Below are positions 62,751 to 64,000 of a stretch of 64,000 nt of DNA, piece after piece. Below the pieces are notes generated by a model that saw nothing but the letters and a program-made list of their open reading frames with translations, was not told where the DNA came from and searched no databases. Both the position numbers and the translations under genes were made by a program. Numbering within the stretch: the first letter of the stretch is position 1; every line of letters starts with the position of its first letter. This DNA is from Mobula hypostoma (lineage: Eukaryota), in the NCBI RefSeq assembly GCF_963921235.1, contig NC_086097.1:147438001-147502000 (forward strand). Direction: 5' to 3'.

Positions 62751-63269
62751 ATTAATTCTTGATATTAAATGAAAAATTCTGCTTGTCTGCCACTGCTATG
62801 CCACCAAAACAGCTCTACTTACAGCAACCAATGATATCCAATGTGAATGTAACAAATTAACTTTACACATCCTTATCCTTCGAGCTCTTCACTTTCTAAC
62901 ACACACAGACTATGCCAACTTACTTTGAAGTTTCTTCGCCATCCCTCAGCACCAATTTAGCCCTGTGAGCTGGCTGGAAAGTGAGTTATTTAATTTACTT
63001 CATCTTCTCTTCTTTTGGTCTAAAGCCTTATGGGCTATGGTTTTACAAGTATCAAATCAGTAAGAGATTTTTCTGATAACGTACTTTCAGGCTGTGAATT
63101 CAAGGTTTTCACAAAAACAGTTATATTAATTAACAAGTATATGACATCTTGTTCACTGAGGCAATGAAACAATGAGTCTTATACTCAACATTCATAAAAG
63201 CAAAGATCCACCATCAACCTCGCTACTGTACACCATCACTATTCTACAATGAAGGCTCACAGCATGACT

Positions 63270-63640
63270 CCGATAAATGTGGACTACCCCTCAAATGTCA
63301 GGATCCTCTCATTACATCAGTTGGCCAAGTTGGGAAGGCCACATCACTTGCATGTCCTTCCGATCTCTGCAGTGGAAAGTCTATTCAAAGCTCTGTCATA
63401 GGTAGCAACTGCTAGGTTTGCAGAGGAAAAGATCCAGTGATGCTCTCAAAGCTTCCTTGAAAGACTGCAATATCCTCAAAGACTCTTGGGAACCCTTGGT
63501 CCATGACCAATCAAAGTGGAGAAACAGCCCATGCTTTTGAGCACAAAAGTCTGGAGGTAATGTTGGAAGTAGCACACCACCTCACAAGACAGCAAATTAC
63601 CCATCTTAAAACAGAAGAGCAGGTTCAAAGAAAAAGTTGG
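63270..63640 (+). mobile_element. RTE LINE 3' fragment
   Basis: WEGHITCM...QRKRSSDALKASLKDCNILKDSWEPLVHDQSKWR. Confidence 0.75.
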
Positions 63641-64000
63641 CCTACTTCTGCTCCTATTTTTTAAGTTCTTATATTTTTCTCTTTTTCTCAAAAAGAACAC
63701 TCTCAATCTCTGGCAACATTTCTTCCTGTTGCTGTAGCAACCAGATCTATACACACTATTCAAGCAGAGGCTTATCTAGTGCTTTATGTAACTCTAGCAA
63801 GACTTCTCTGCTCTTACACTGTATGTCATAGCTGAGAAGGACAGGATCTTCTATTAAAATGGAGAACGTAGGACGTAAAATGTAGGATATATTGTGGGGA
63901 TGGAATGAAACTGATTTCAGATCAATGACTGGCCAACCTGTCAGCAAAGGGCAGAGATTGGTTAAGCTGGAAGAGAAAGTGGAAATGAATTAAACAATAA

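Overview
Eukaryotic, AT-rich, repeat-dense genomic DNA with no intact cellular gene. The repeat content (V-SINE/HE1-like SINEs, CR1, Rex1/Babar, RTE, GIY-YIG Penelope-like elements, Gypsy LTR elements) points to a vertebrate, most likely a cartilaginous fish such as a ray or shark (inference). Most of the window is a nested collection of decayed transposable elements. Two signals go beyond routine repeat annotation. (1) A multi-exon gene on the minus strand, about 60707 down to 41328, is missed by the ORF track because it is broken by stops and frameshifts. Four of its splice junctions keep the reading phase. It appears to be a non-processed pseudogene of an about 700-aa protein that I cannot name. 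(2) The Penelope-like elements carry a minimal type I hammerhead ribozyme motif (CTGACGA...GAAACGTC) at their 3' end. They recur as tail-out inverted palindromes, and several inversion or truncation breakpoints fall inside that motif. Also present: a solo LTR nested in a related solo LTR, a deleted Chapaev-type DNA transposon, non-autonomous Rex1-tailed elements and a tRNA-SINE with a BovB/RTE-type tail. Everything was read by eye. Boundaries without a stated TSD or splice site are approximate.
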